Source of the DNA: Hypanus sabinus
Taxonomy: Eukaryota
Length of the DNA: 64,000 nucleotides
Direction: 5' to 3'
NCBI RefSeq assembly: GCF_030144855.1
Contig: NC_082711.1
Span: 118,420,001-118,484,000 of the forward strand
Shown here: positions 25,532 to 38,261 of the stretch, one piece after another
How positions within the stretch are numbered: the stretch's first letter is position 1
Layout of the letters: every line of letters starts with the position of its first letter
The notes under the pieces: model-generated
Told to the model about the DNA's origin: nothing
Database searches by the model: none
What the model saw: the letters and a program-made list of their open reading frames with translations, nothing else
Position numbers and translations under genes: made by a program

Positions 25532-28435
25532 ACTCCATCTCCCGCTTAAGGACATGTAAGACTTAGTTGCTTCTTGTCCGCCTTTAATCTCTCCATTTTC
25601 CAATTTAAACTTTGAAATTTCAACTTTATTCAGTCGAATCTGTACAGCAATAGTTATAATTATGGCTACTTTGAAGAGCACCTGGCGGAATCCGGACCTG
25701 ACTAACGGAAAGTCTAAAAAAGCTGACGAGTTCTCGGAATAACCCTCTTGGGTTAAGAGATTAGAGTCTCGAATTAGCAGTATCGGCACTGAAATATCTC
25801 AACTAAAAGAGAAATTTGAAGAAAAAATTCACTCTCTGAGCCTCGATCTTAGTCGAAATGCAGATGACCTTTCTTCTCGTTTGGAAAAGGCTTAACAATG
25901 AATCGTGGATTTGGAAACGCGATCGCATCGGAATAATTTTTGAATTGTTGGATGAAACGAGAAATCAGAATCTGCTGACACACTGGATTATTTTGCTAAA
26001 AGGTTTCAGTCTTTATTTCCGGAGGTTTGTTCGCAACTCCCGGAGATTGAATCGTCTCACAGAACCGCTGCTTTAAAATCTTTGGATGCAGGTAAAAACA
26101 GACATATTGTTGTGCACTTTCTCCATTTTAGAGACAAGGACCGCATTATTAAACTTGCAAGAAAACAAAGATTATTTCAATTTCAAGGTTCAGAAGTTCA
26201 CTTTTTTGAAGATTTCCCACACGAAATTGTTAAGAAACGTGCTGCATTTGCTTCTTCTATGAAACTAGCGTATAAAAAAAAGCCTTTTCCATCGTTACAG
26301 TACCCAGACAAATTAAGGCTTTTTGTTAAAAATTCTGGAGCTTGTATTTTTGATGATCCAGCCGAAGCACTGCGTTTTATTAACTCTTTGTCTGATGAGT
26401 CTGAAGCCTGAAGTTTGAATGATCTACAACACTTTGAATGTCTCGTGGTGTAAAGTGATGAAATTGGAAGATTTGATGGTTATAGAAAGTCTTTACCTTA
26501 AAATGTATTTTTATCTCTGAAAAAGACTGGTTTGGATGGTTTTAACCTCAGAAGACATAGCGGGAGAACTGTTGAAAGACTATAGATAATTCTGAACCAT
26601 CTAGAATTCTTTTTTCTGCAGCATTTAAATGAACCAACTGTTTTTTTTTATTCTGTATGCTTTTGTAAAGTATTTTTAAGTAATTACTGGGATTTTTTTA
26701 CGTATTAAAGAAAGACTGGATAATTTAAAATTGGCGATTGTTTTTCTTTTGTGCAAATATTTCAATGACGACGAGTCTGAAGCCTGAAGTTTGAATGGTT
26801 TATAATGGCTTGAGTGTCTCGCAGTGTAAAGACTGATAAGATTGGAAGCTTTTAAATGAATTAATTGTTTTTTTTAATAATCCGTATGCTTTAGTGAAGA
26901 TCTTTTAAGTAATTATTTGGATTTCCTTGTGTTTTAAAGATAGATTGGACAATTTAAAGATGGCGATTGTTTTTCTTTTGTGCAAATATTTCAAGAATAT
27001 TATGAAGGTTACTCTCAAATTGAAGGTCGTTTTGTTTTACAAAAAAAGACCACTATCCTTCCAAGTTAATTATATTGAGATATGTAATGAGATTTATGTT
27101 CAGTAGAGGGAGACAGAGATGAATTTTTAAAAATGTTTTTATTACTTAGGTGGGCGGAGCTGTATCTGCATCTATGCTTTCCTTGGGGATTGCGTCAATT
27201 GATATCGACTTGTTTCTGGGCTTTGTAGTTTGGGTGGGTTTTTCCTTCTTTTCTTATCGCCATTATGGAATCCTGGAACATACGCTAATTATTTTTATTG
27301 TTGTTCACCTCTGCCATTTTATCCTGACATGCATCTAATTACTCTTTTTTAGATACAAAGTTTCATGATAATATCTAAACAGTTAAATGTTTTAACTTGG
27401 AATGTTCGTGGTTGGAATCATCCTATTAAGTGAGAAATCATTTCAAGTTATAAATCGACTCCAGCCTAATATAATCTTTGCTCAAGAGACGTATATCAGG
27501 TTATGTGATAAAAATCGATTTTTTTAAATTCTGGAAGGATCTTCAGTTTCATGCAAATTTCCAAAAACTAGGGGAGTCTCTATTTTTATTGATTCCAATA
27601 TTCCTTTTAACGAGGAAGATATTATAGCCAATATTAATGGTAGAGTTTTGAAAACTATTTCCTAGTATAGGCAACTACTGTGATAGATGTAAAACTGAAA
27701 TAGCAACTTTGTCATGTTATGTTCTGGTCATGTTCTTCATTAAAACCATTTTGGAAATCTTTATTTTCTACAATTTCTAAAGCTCTGAAAATTAATTTAC
27801 AACCTAATAGACTGACTGTTCTATTTGGAATAGTTCCACATCATATTCAGGATATTTCATCTTCAGATCAACATGTAATTGCATTTGTTACATTATTGGC
27901 AAGAAGGGCTTTTCTGTTAAAATGGAAAGGTATCTCTTCCCCTACATCAATTGAAAGGTTTTCTCAAGTAATGTTATATCTCAGTTTGGAAAAAAATTAG
28001 AAGTAGAACTTTTGAATCCTGATTCGATTTTGAGGGAAGATGGGGTTCTTTCGCCAAATATTACCATTGAATTTGAATTATTCTATATGGTTTCCTTCCA
28101 ATTTTATTTTTTTTAAATATGAATTGGCAGTTGATGACTCTTTCTCTTTGTATATTTAGATGATGGTTAAACGTATTGCTCTGGAGGGTAGATTCCTAAT
28201 GGTTCTTTTTCCTCTTTTTTTGTAGTTATAGGGTTTTTTTTTTCTTAGTTAGACGGGGATTTTTTCCCTTCTTTTTCCTATACATACATTTTTTTAATTC
28301 CCATTTTTATATATTACGATCAGCTTTTTTTTTTCTTCAGCTCTATTAATTGTATACATATTAATTTGTTGAAGTTTTGTATCATTCTATAGCTGTAGAA
28401 GATTATGTACCAGTAAAAATATTCTAAAAATGAAA
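25532..28435 (+). mobile_element. L1-clade LINE with both ends intact but most of ORF2 deleted
   Basis: 15-bp TSD with 1 mismatch (atgaaacaatgctgg 25517-25531; atgaaaccatgctgg 28436-28450). ORF1 C-terminus reads HFLHFRDKDRII...VHFFEDFPHEIVKKR...QYPDKLR. ORF2 start (VLTWNVRGWNHPIK, IFAQET) is fused to the C-terminal CDRC...MFWSC region. Tail is aaaaatgaaaatg. Confidence 0.92.
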
Positions 28436-28801
28436 ATGAAACCATGCTGGCTTGGGCCTATCTTGTCATGCGCCTCGAGGTATTTCATAACCTTATCCTT
28501 GAGAATTGACTCCAATAACTTTCCAACTACCGATGACAGACTAATAGGTCTGTGATTCTCTTTTTGCTGCGTCCCTCCTTTCTTAAACAGCGGAACTACA
28601 TTAGTGACCTTCCAGCCCTCCAGAACCATGCCAGAGTCTATTGATTCCTGGAAGATCACTTCCAATGCCTCCACAATCTCCAAAGCCACCTCCTTCAGAA
28701 CCTGTGGGTGCACCTCATCCAGTCTGGGAGACTTACCTATCCTTAGTGCATTTAGTTTCCCATGCATTTTCTCTCTAGTAATCTTGACTGTACCTAATTC
28801 T

Positions 28802-29732
28802 ATTCAGATTCAGATTCAGATTCAGTTTATTGTCATTTAGAAACCACAAATGCAATGCAGTTAAAAAATGAGACAATGTTCCTCCAGAATGATATCACAA
28901 AAGCATGACATGACAAGACAGACTACACCAGAAAATCCACATAACGTTTGGCAATCCCCAGTCCAGAGTCCGGAGAGGCTGCTGCGTATTGAATTACCCC
29001 TTGGGGATGAATAAAGTATCTATCTATCTATCTATTAATATTGCGCTACTGTCTTAGCGCGTTCCCTGGAAAGGAGCTCCAATCCCACCAGACAAACAAA
29101 ACCAAAAACTAAAGCTACAAGACCTGCACAAAACCAGATAGTTACAACAGTGCAAACAATAGAATAATTGATAAAAAAACAGACCATGGGCACAGTAAAT
29201 ATAGTCCAAAGATGTTAAAAGACTAAAAGTTCGAAAGAAACCACCACACAGTTTCCAGAAGTCCTCAGGGTCCCGATTGACTCATCATCCCACAGCGGCA
29301 GCAGAAGGGAATACCCTCGCTATGGACTTCCACGGCACCGCCCGACTCAGCCTCACAAACGCAGCACACAAAGCGACCTGATCGCAGAGGACCGTCGACA
29401 GTCCGTCGAACCTCTGAGCCTCCGACCATCCCCTCCGGCACAGCTTCTCCGAGCACCATTCTCTGCTGAGCGTATTAAGATAGCCCCGCCAATGGCCATC
29501 AGCAATGTGACCCCGAGGTCTGGGGGCCTGTTCTTCCCAGCAGAGTCCCGGACCTCACAGCAGCAGCAGCAGCAACGAAGAAGGTCTTCCTGGAGATTTT
29601 CAGATGTTCCTCCGTGCTCCCACATCCGTTTTTCATCTGATTACGATTGCGCATGGCACCCCGCTTCACAAATAACAGATAATCAGCTCTGGAGTGGCCG
29701 CTGCAATCTGCATCGCATCGCCATCTTGGAAT
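28802..29732 (-). mobile_element. Unclassified non-autonomous retroelement, copy 1
   Basis: (aatctg)n tail; GC-rich 5' end starting caagatggcg on the minus strand. Closely similar to 44470-44990. Confidence 0.7.
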
Positions 29733-30432
29733 ATCAGGTGTGATGCTAAAGTCTTCCACTGTGAAGACTGATGCAAAATACTAATTTAGTTCCTCTGCCA
29801 TCTCTTTGTTACCAATTATAATTTCTCCAGCATCATTTTCAATTTGTCCTATATTTACCTTTGTCACTCTTTTACTCTTCATATATTTTAAATCTCTTAG
29901 TATCCTTTTTTATGTTAATTGCCAACTTCCTTTCATAATTCATCTTTTCTTTCCTAATGACTTTCTTAGTTTCCTTCTGTAAGTTTTTAAAAGTCGTCCA
30001 GTCCTCAGATTTCCCACTAATTTTTGCTTCCTTGTACACCGTCTCTTTCGCTTTTATTTTAGCCTTAACCTCTCCCGTTAGCCACGTGTGTGCCATTTTT
30101 CCATTCATGATTTTCTTTTTTCTGGGAATATATTTATCCTGTACTTTCCTTATTTCTTGTAGGGATTTCATCCAATTCTGCTCTACCGTCCCTCCATCTA
30201 GCTTACTATTCCAATCAATTTGGGCCAGTTCCTCTCTCGTACCACCATAATTTCCTTTCTTCCACTGAAATATTGATACACCTGATACCAGCTTCTCCTT
30301 TTCAAATTTGAAACTGAACTCAATCATATTATGATCACTACTTCTAAGGGGTTCCATTACCTCTAGCTCCCTAATCGCCTCAGGTTCATTACACAGAACC
30401 CAATCCAAAACAGCTAATCCCCTGTTGGGCTT

Positions 30433-30672
30433 ATAGAAACATAGAAACATAGAAAATAGGTGCAGGAGTAGGCCATTCAGCCCTTTGAGCCTGCACCACC
30501 ATTCAGTATGATCATGGCTGATCATCCAACTCAGAACCCTGTACCTGCTTTCTCTCCATGCCCCCTGATCCCTTTAGCCACAAGGGCCATATCTAACTTC
30601 CTCTTAAATATAGCCAATGAATCGGCCTCAGTTGTTTCCTGTGGCAGAGAATTCCACAGATTCACCACTCTC
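30433..30672 (-). mobile_element. Short CR1 3'-end insertion from a different subfamily
   Basis: (tttctatg)n tail and a CR1 3' UTR interrupting the EN coding region of the host CR1. Confidence 0.8.
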
Positions 30673-32429
30673 TACAATTATGGACAAGCTGCTCCAACAA
30701 GCCATCCTGTAGGCATGCTACAAACTCCCTCTCCTGAGATCCAGTACCCACCTGATTTTCCCAATCTGCTTTCATATTAAAATCCCCCATAATTATCTTG
30801 ACATTTTCCTTCTGACATGCTTCTTCTATTTCCAGCTGTAACTTGTGGTCCACATCCCAGCTGCTGTTTTGAGGCCTGTATATAATTACTATTAGTGTCT
30901 TTTTACCCTTGCCATTTCTTAACTCGACCCATAAGGATTCTACCTCTTCTGATCCTACGCCCCATTCTTTCTAGTGATTTGATATCGTTGCTTACCATCA
31001 GAGCCACTCCACCCCCTTTACCTCCCTTCCTATCTTTCCTATACACTGTGTATCCTTGGACATTCAGCTCCCAATCACATCCATCATTTAGCCATGACCC
31101 AGTGATGGCCACAATGTCATATCCTTTAACCTGTAGCTGTACAACTAGGTTATCCACTTTACTTCTAGTGCTGTGTACATTTAAGTATAGTACATTTAGA
31201 TCAGTATCTGTTACCAATTTTGCTATATTTCTGTCACACAGCAAATTACCCTGTCTACTCACCTGCCTGTCCTTCTTGCCATCTTTGCTGCACAGTATCT
31301 TTGACTTATTTCTATTTTTCTCTTCCTCGACCCGAACACATTGGTTTCCTTCCCCCTGCCAACTTAGTTTAAACCCTCCCTAAAAGCTATATTAAACAAT
31401 CCCACCAGGATATTAGTACCCTTTGAGTTCAGGTGTAACCCATCATTTCTGTATAAGTCATGCCTCCCCCAAAATAGATCCCAGTAATCCAAGAATTTGA
31501 AGCCCTGCCCCCTGCACCAGTTACTCAGCCACACATTCATCTGCTTAATTCTGCTATTCTTATCTTCATTAGCGCGTGGCTCAGGCAGTAATCCTGAAAG
31601 ATTATTACTCTGGAGGTCTGTCTTTCCAATTTTCTTCCTAGCTCCCAGTAATCTTCCTTCAGGACCTCCTCTCTTTTTCTGTCTATGTTATTGGTATCAA
31701 CATGTACCAAGACTTCTGGTTGCTCGGTCTCTCCCCTGAGAATACTCTGGACCCAATCCGAGATATCTCATACCCTCGCACCAGGGAGGCAACACACCAT
31801 CCAGATATCTTTGTCCGGCTCGCAGTATCTCCTGTCTGTTCCCCTCACTATAGAATCCCAAGGCTCTCTTGATCACGGCACTGGGCAGAGTGCCAGAGTC
31901 CCATTCGTTGTGGTCTTCCTCTGTCAGGTCAACCTCTCCAACAGTATCTAAAACGATATATCGATTCCTGAGGGGGACTGTCACAGAGGTGCTGTCCACC
32001 ATCTCTCTACAGGTATTATCAATCACCTCCTCACTTTCCCTAATTAGCTGAAGGTCATCAAGTTGCAGCTCCAGATCCCTAACACTGTCCTTAAACAGCC
32101 TCATCTCAATGCACCTGATGCAGATGTAATCCTGGGGGAGGCTGGGAGTCTCCCAGGGTCCCCACATCTGGCACTCCAGACACAACGCTGATCCTAGATG
32201 CATACCTCTAGTGCTGCTGTTATTACGAAATAAATAAACCTGTAACTTACCCCTTTACTATAAGACTAAATGGTTGCAGGAAGCCTCTTCCCGTTTCCGC
32301 CAAAGCCCGATCACTCTGCACCCTCAAACTCTGCTGTCCGCTGGATATGGTGGTGTTCTTTTCAAGCCTTCTGCGCTCTGAGGTTACGCGCCTGTGCATT
32401 CGTGTCCCCTCTTTCTACAATGCCCTCTA

Positions 32430-33040
32430 AAACCTTTAGGGTACCTTGTCTCTGTAACTCCCTCCAATTCCTATAAACCTCCTTGTCTGTGGAACCACCC
32501 CAGAGGACTTCTTGTCTTTGTAAACCCCTTCTATTCCTATAGACTTCCCCATCTTTGTAACCACCTCCAGCACCTATAGAATTCTCCGCCTCTGGAAGCC
32601 ACTCCAACCCTATAGAATTCCCTGTCTCTGGAACTCCCTCCAACCCTATGGAATCCCCGTCTCTGGAACTCCCTCCAACCCTATAGAATCCCCTGTCTCT
32701 GGAACTCCCTCCAACCCTATAGAATCCCCTGTCTCTGTAAACCCCCCTTCAAAAACTTCAGACTTTCCTGACTCAGTAATCCCCTCCAACCCATATAGAC
32801 CTCTCTGCCTCAGGAAACCCCACTAACCTCAATAGAACTCCCTGTGTCTGTAACTGTCTGCAACCCCTATAGATTTCCATGTCTCAAAAACTTACTCCAA
32901 CCACTATAAACTTCCTTGTCTGTGTAACTCCCTGTAATGCATATAAATCTCCTATGTCTGTAAACCCCTCCAACCCTTACAGACCTTACTGTCTGTCTAA
33001 ACATCTCCAACCTGTATAGACTTCCCTGTCTCTATAACAT
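32430..33040. repeat. Second block of the ~37-bp satellite
   Basis: Same motif as 17806-24275. Near-identical units ccctatagaatcccctgtctctggaactccctccaa at ~32605-32740. Confidence 0.92.
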
Positions 33041-33221
33041 ACTCCAAAACTGATGAATTCTCCTCTGGGAAAAGGGGGTTTAATGAAGGGTCTAAGGAAT
33101 GCAGAGCCAGACAGTCCTCTTATCGTATTCTGGATCACTGGTCGTCTCGTGTCGGGGAGCTCAGATCCCCTGGCTAACTGGAGAATCACATCGCCTGGAT
33201 GAGTGTTTCTAGGCACTGGAC

Positions 33222-33472
33222 ACTAGAATACTACAGCACAGTACAGGCCCTTCAGCCCTTGATGTTGTGCCGACCCATATATTCCTTAAAAAAGAAATAC
33301 TAAACCCACACTACCCTGTAACCCTCTATTTTTCTTTCATCCATGTGCCTGTCCAAGAGGCTCTTAAATACCCTGAAAGTTTTAGCCTCCACCACCATCC
33401 CTGTCAAGTATTCCAGGCACTCACAACACTCTGTGTTAAAAAACTTACGCCTGATGTCTCCCCTAAACTTCC
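33222..33472 (-). mobile_element. CR1 3'-end fragment
   Basis: RGDIRRKFFNTECCECLEYL... plus a 3' UTR similar to 36900-37146, in opposite orientation. Confidence 0.85.
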
Positions 33473-36400
33473 GGAAGCAGAAATAGACTGGAGTTTCCGG
33501 GGGATAATCACCCCTAAAAGTCAGGAGACAGGTAGCTGGGTGATTGTCAGGACAGGGAAGGGGATTAGACAGGAAGAGCAGAGCACCCCTGTGGGCCGTT
33601 CTCATCAATAATAATTATACCATTTTGGATACTGTTGTTGGGGATGACCTACCAGGGACAAGTTGCAGTGATTGCGTCTCTGGCACCAAGACTGTACCCT
33701 CAGCTCAGAAGGGAAGGAGGGAAAAGAGGAAAGCAGTAGTGATAGGGGATTCGATAGTTAGGGGGACAGATAAGAGGTTCTGTGGGTAGATCTGTGGGTG
33801 AGCAGCCAGATGTCGTGTTCCATGTAGGGACCAATGACATGCATAGGAAGAAGGAGGAGATCCTGCAAAGAGAGTTTAGGGAGTTAGGTGCAAAGTTGAA
33901 GGACAGGACCACCAGGGCTGCAGTCTCAGGATTGCTACCCATGCCACGTGCTACTGAGGCTTGTAACAGGAAGATAATGCAACTGAATACGTGGCTAAGG
34001 AGTTGGTGCAGAAGGGAGGGCTTCATGTTTCTGGACAATTGGGCCTTGTTCTAGAGAAGGTGGGACCTGTTCCGATGGGATAGGTTGCACCTGAACTGAA
34101 AGTGGACTAACATCCTTGCCGGAAGGTTGGCTAGTGCTGCTCCAGGGGGTTTAAACTAGGTTTGCAGGGGGAGGGGAACCAGAATGTTAGACCAGATAGT
34201 GAGGTGGAAGAGGTTAAAGGTCATACAAGTATAGCGCATGGAGTAAAGCCAGATCTAACATATGAAGAGGCTTTGAGGAAAGAGAAGCAGAATAAAAGGT
34301 TTAAAGGTAGTAAGGTAGAAGGGCTAAAGTGCGTGTACTTCAAAGCAAGAAGCATCAGGAACAAAGGTGATGAACTGAGAGCTTCCATGTACACATGGAA
34401 TGATGATGTAGTGGCCATTATGGAGACCTGGCTGGCATCAGGGCAGGGATGGATTCTCAATATTCCTGGATTTCAGTGTTTTAAAAGGGATAGAGAAGGG
34501 GGAAAAGGGGAGGAGGGTGGCATTACTGGTCAGGGATACTATTACAGCTACAGTAAAGGTAGGTAATGTAGCAGGATCCTCTTTTGAGTCAGTATGGGTG
34601 GAAGTCAGAAACAGGAATGGAGCAGTTACTCTACTGGGGGTATTCTATAGGTCCCCTGGTAGCAGCAGAGATACCGAGGAGCAGATTGGGAGGCAGATTT
34701 TGGAAAGTTGCTAAAATAACAGGGTTGTTATCACGGGTGACTTTAACTTCCCTAATATTGAATGGCACCTGATTAGTTCCAATAGTTTAGATGGGGCAGA
34801 GTTTGTTAAGTGTGTCCAGGATGGATTCCTGTCACAGTATGTTGACAGGCTGACTAGCGTGAATGCCATACTAGATCTAGTACCAGTTAACAAACCGGGT
34901 CAGGTTACAGATCTCTCAGTGGGTGAGCATCTGGGGGACAGTGACCACCACTCTGTGACCTTTAGCATTATCATGCAAAAGGATAGAATCAGAGAGGACA
35001 GGAAAATTTTTAATTGGGGAAGGGCAAATTATGAGGTTATAAGGCTAGAAATTGTGAATTGGGATGATGTTTTAGCAGGGAGCAGTACTATGGACATGTG
35101 GTCGACGTTTGGAGATCTCGTGCAGAATGTTAGGGATAAATTTGTCCCGGTGAGGAAGATAAAGAATGGTAGGGTGAAGGAACCATGGGTGACAAGTGAG
35201 GTGGAAAATCTAGTCAGGTGGAAGAGATGAGGTTTAGGAAGCAAGGATCAAATGGGCCTATTGAGGAATATAGGGTAGCAAGAAAGGAGATTAAGAAGGG
35301 ACTGAGGAGAGCAAGAAGGGGGCATAAGAAAGCCTTGGTGAGTAGGGTAAAGGAAAACCCTAAAGCATTCTTCAATTATGTGAAGAACAAAAGAATGACA
35401 AGAGTGAAGGTAGGACTGATTAGAGATAAAAGTGGGAAGATGTGCCTGGAGGCTGTGGAAGTGAGCGAGGTCCTCAATGAATACCTCTTCGGTATTCACC
35501 ACTGAGAGGGAACTCGATGACGGTGAGGACAATATGAGTGAGGTTGATGTTCAGGAGCATGTTGATATTAAAGGAGAGGAGGTGTTGGAGTTGTTAAAAT
35601 ACATTAGGACGGATAAGTCCCCGGGGCCGGACGGAATATTCTCCAGGCAGCTCCATGAGGCAAGGGAAGAGATTGCTGAGACTCTGGCTAGGATCTTTAT
35701 GTCCTCGTTGTCCATGGGAATGGTACCAGAGGAATGGAGAGAGGCAAATGTTGTCCCCTTGTTCATAGAAGATAGTAGGGATAGTCTGAGGTAATTATAG
35801 ACCAGTCAGCCTTACGTCTGTGGTGGGAAAGCTGTTGGAAAAGATTCTCAGAGATAGGATCTATGGGCATTTAGAGAATCGTGGTCTGATCAGGGACAGT
35901 CAGCATGGCTTTGTGAAGGGCAGATTGTGTCTAACAAGCCTGATAGAGTTCTTTGAGGACGTGACCAGGCATATAGATGAGGGTAGTGCAGTGGATGTGA
36001 TCTACATGGATTTCAGTAAGGCATTTGACAAGGTACCACATGGTAGGCTTGTTCAGAAAGTCAGAAGGCTTGGGATCCAGGGAAGTTTGGCCAGGTGGAT
36101 TCAGAATTGGCTTGCCTGCAGAAAGCAAAGGTGGAGGGGCTACATTCAGATTGGAGGGTTGTGACTAGTGGTGTCCCACAAGGATCGGTTCTGGGACCTC
36201 TACTTTTCGTGATTTTTATTAACAACCTGGATGTGGAGGTAGAAGGGTGGGTTGGCAAGTTTGCAGTCGACACAAAGGTTGGTGGTATTGTGGATAGTGT
36301 AGAGGATTGTCGAAGATTGCAGAGAGATATTGATAGGATGCAGAAGTGGACTGAGAATTGGCAAATGGTATTCAACCCGGAGAAGTGTGAGGTGGTACAT

Positions 36401-37146
36401 TTTGGAAGGACAAACTCCAAAGCAGAGTACAAAGTAAATGGCAGGATACTTGGGAGTGTGGAGGAGCAGAGGGATCTGGGGGTACATGTACACAGATCCC
36501 TGAAAGATGCCTTACAGGTAGATAGGGTAGTTAAGAAAGCTTATGGGCTGCTAGCTTTCATAAGTTGAGGGATAGAATTTAAGGGTCGCGAGGTAATGAT
36601 GCAGTTCTATAAAACTCTGGTTAGGCCAAACTTGGAGTACTGTGTGATTGCCTCGCCACAGAAAGGATGTGGAAGCATTGGAAAGGGTACAGAGGAGATT
36701 TACCAGGATGCTGCCTGATTTAGAGAGTATGGATTATGATCAGAGATTAAGGGAGCTAGGTCTTCACTCTTCGGAGAGAAGGAGGATGAGAGGAGACATG
36801 ATAGAGGTGTACAAGATATTAAGAGGAATAGATAGAGTGGACAGCCAGTGCCTCTTTCCCAGGGCACCACTGCTCAGTACAAGAGGACATAGCTTTAAAG
36901 TAAGGTGGGGGGAGTTCAAGGGGGTTATTAGAGGAAGGCTTTTCACTCAGAGAGTGGTTGGTGCGTGGAATCTACTTCCTGAGTCAGTGGTGGAGGCAGA
37001 TACACTAGTGAAGTTTAAGAGACTACTAGACAGGTATATGGAGCAATTTAGGATGGGTGGGTATATATGGGATGCAGGGTTTAAGGGTCGGCACAACATT
37101 GTGGGCCAAAGGGCCTGTACTGTGCTGTACTATTCTATGTTCTATG
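33473..37146 (+). mobile_element. CR1 LINE (partial ORF1, EN, RT, 3' tail)
   Basis: VVIGDSIVRG (ORF1); VYFKARSIRNK and GDFNFPNI (EN); DFSKAFDKVPH and KFAVDTKVGG (RT); (ttctatg)n tail. Confidence 0.95.
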
Positions 37147-37159
37147 TTATATGTCCTAT

Positions 37160-38255
37160 GAAAATAATTAATCTGCCTGTTCCTATCCTCTCTGTCTCAT
37201 GGCACAGGCAGCAATCTCGAGATTACCACCCTTGAGTTCCTGCTTTTTAACTTCTTTCCTAGCTTCCTATATTCCTCCTTCAGGACCGCATCCCTACTCC
37301 TATATATGTGTCATTGGTCCCCACGTGGACCATGACATCTGGCTGCTCACCTTCTCTCCTGAGAATACAGAGAACTTGATCAGAGATATTGCGGACCATA
37401 GCACAGACCATCCGAGATTCTCAATCTGTCCCACAGAACCTCCTATCTGTCCCCCTAACTATCGAATCCCCTATCACTACAGCTTTCTTCTTTTCCCTCC
37501 TTCCCTTCTGAGCTGAGGGTCCAGACTCGGTGCCAGAGACATGACCACTACAACTTATCCCTGGTAGATCGTCCCCACCAACAGTATCCAAAACAGTAAA
37601 CTTTTTGTTGATGAGTACGGCCACAGGTGTGCTCTGCTCTTTCTGCCTATTCCCCTTCCCCCTCCTGACAGTCACCCAGTTAGCTACCTGTCTCTCGACT
37701 TTTAGGGGTGACTGTCTCCCTGAAACTCTGATCTATTGCTCCCTCTTCCTCCCGAATGATCTGAAGTTCATCCAGCTCCGGCTCCAGTTCCCTAATTCGG
37801 TTTGACAGGAGCTGCAGCTGGATGCAGGTGTAGACATCAGAGACAATTGTGCTGTCCCTGACTTCCCACATCCTACAATCAGAGGCTGGACTGCCCTATC
37901 TACTGCCTCCATCACCAACTCCTAAGTTAATTAAAGAAATAAACTTACCCAGCCAAACCTCTTGAGCCAAAGCCTCAAAGCTCCACTCCTTTACAGGCCA
38001 CTCGCCACTGGCCACTCTGCTTCAGCTACCCCTCTTTTTATTTGGTTGAACTTCTCAATTTTTGATTGCCTAATCAAACTGCTTGATCACCTGACCTCGA
38101 TTGCCCAAATCAGCTGCTTTCTGCTGAGCCTGAGCTATTAATACCTTGATTGACTTGATTGCACAATCCAACTGCCGAAACCTCTCGAACCAAAGCCTCA
38201 AAGCTCCACCCTTCACTCACTCACTCCCCACTCTCCACTCCCGGTTGAGGTAGAG
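37160..38255 (-). mobile_element. CR1 5' portion (5' UTR and ORF1)
   Basis: Contains AVVIGDSIVRGTDRRFCG. The 5' UTR has a repeated gagctttgaggctttgg motif. Same subfamily as 33473-33790, inverted. Confidence 0.85.
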
Positions 38256-38261
38256 CGGCCT

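Larger units (their letters stand above)
24280..32420 (-). mobile_element. Near full-length CR1 LINE split by three nested insertions
   Basis: Collinear pieces: 3' end and RT (24280-25531), RT N-terminal part (28436-28801), linker and EN (29733-30432, 30673-31380), ORF1 (31380-32205; CIRCIEMRLFKDSVRDLELQLDDL) and a GC-richer 5' UTR to ~32420. Confidence 0.88.

Noticed and set aside
33045-33221. Short unique segment as an exon
   Set aside because: No convincing splice-site pair or recognisable translation; left unassigned.
36648-37235. 195-aa ORF as an intact gene
   Set aside because: It is the C-terminal part of a disrupted CR1 ORF2.
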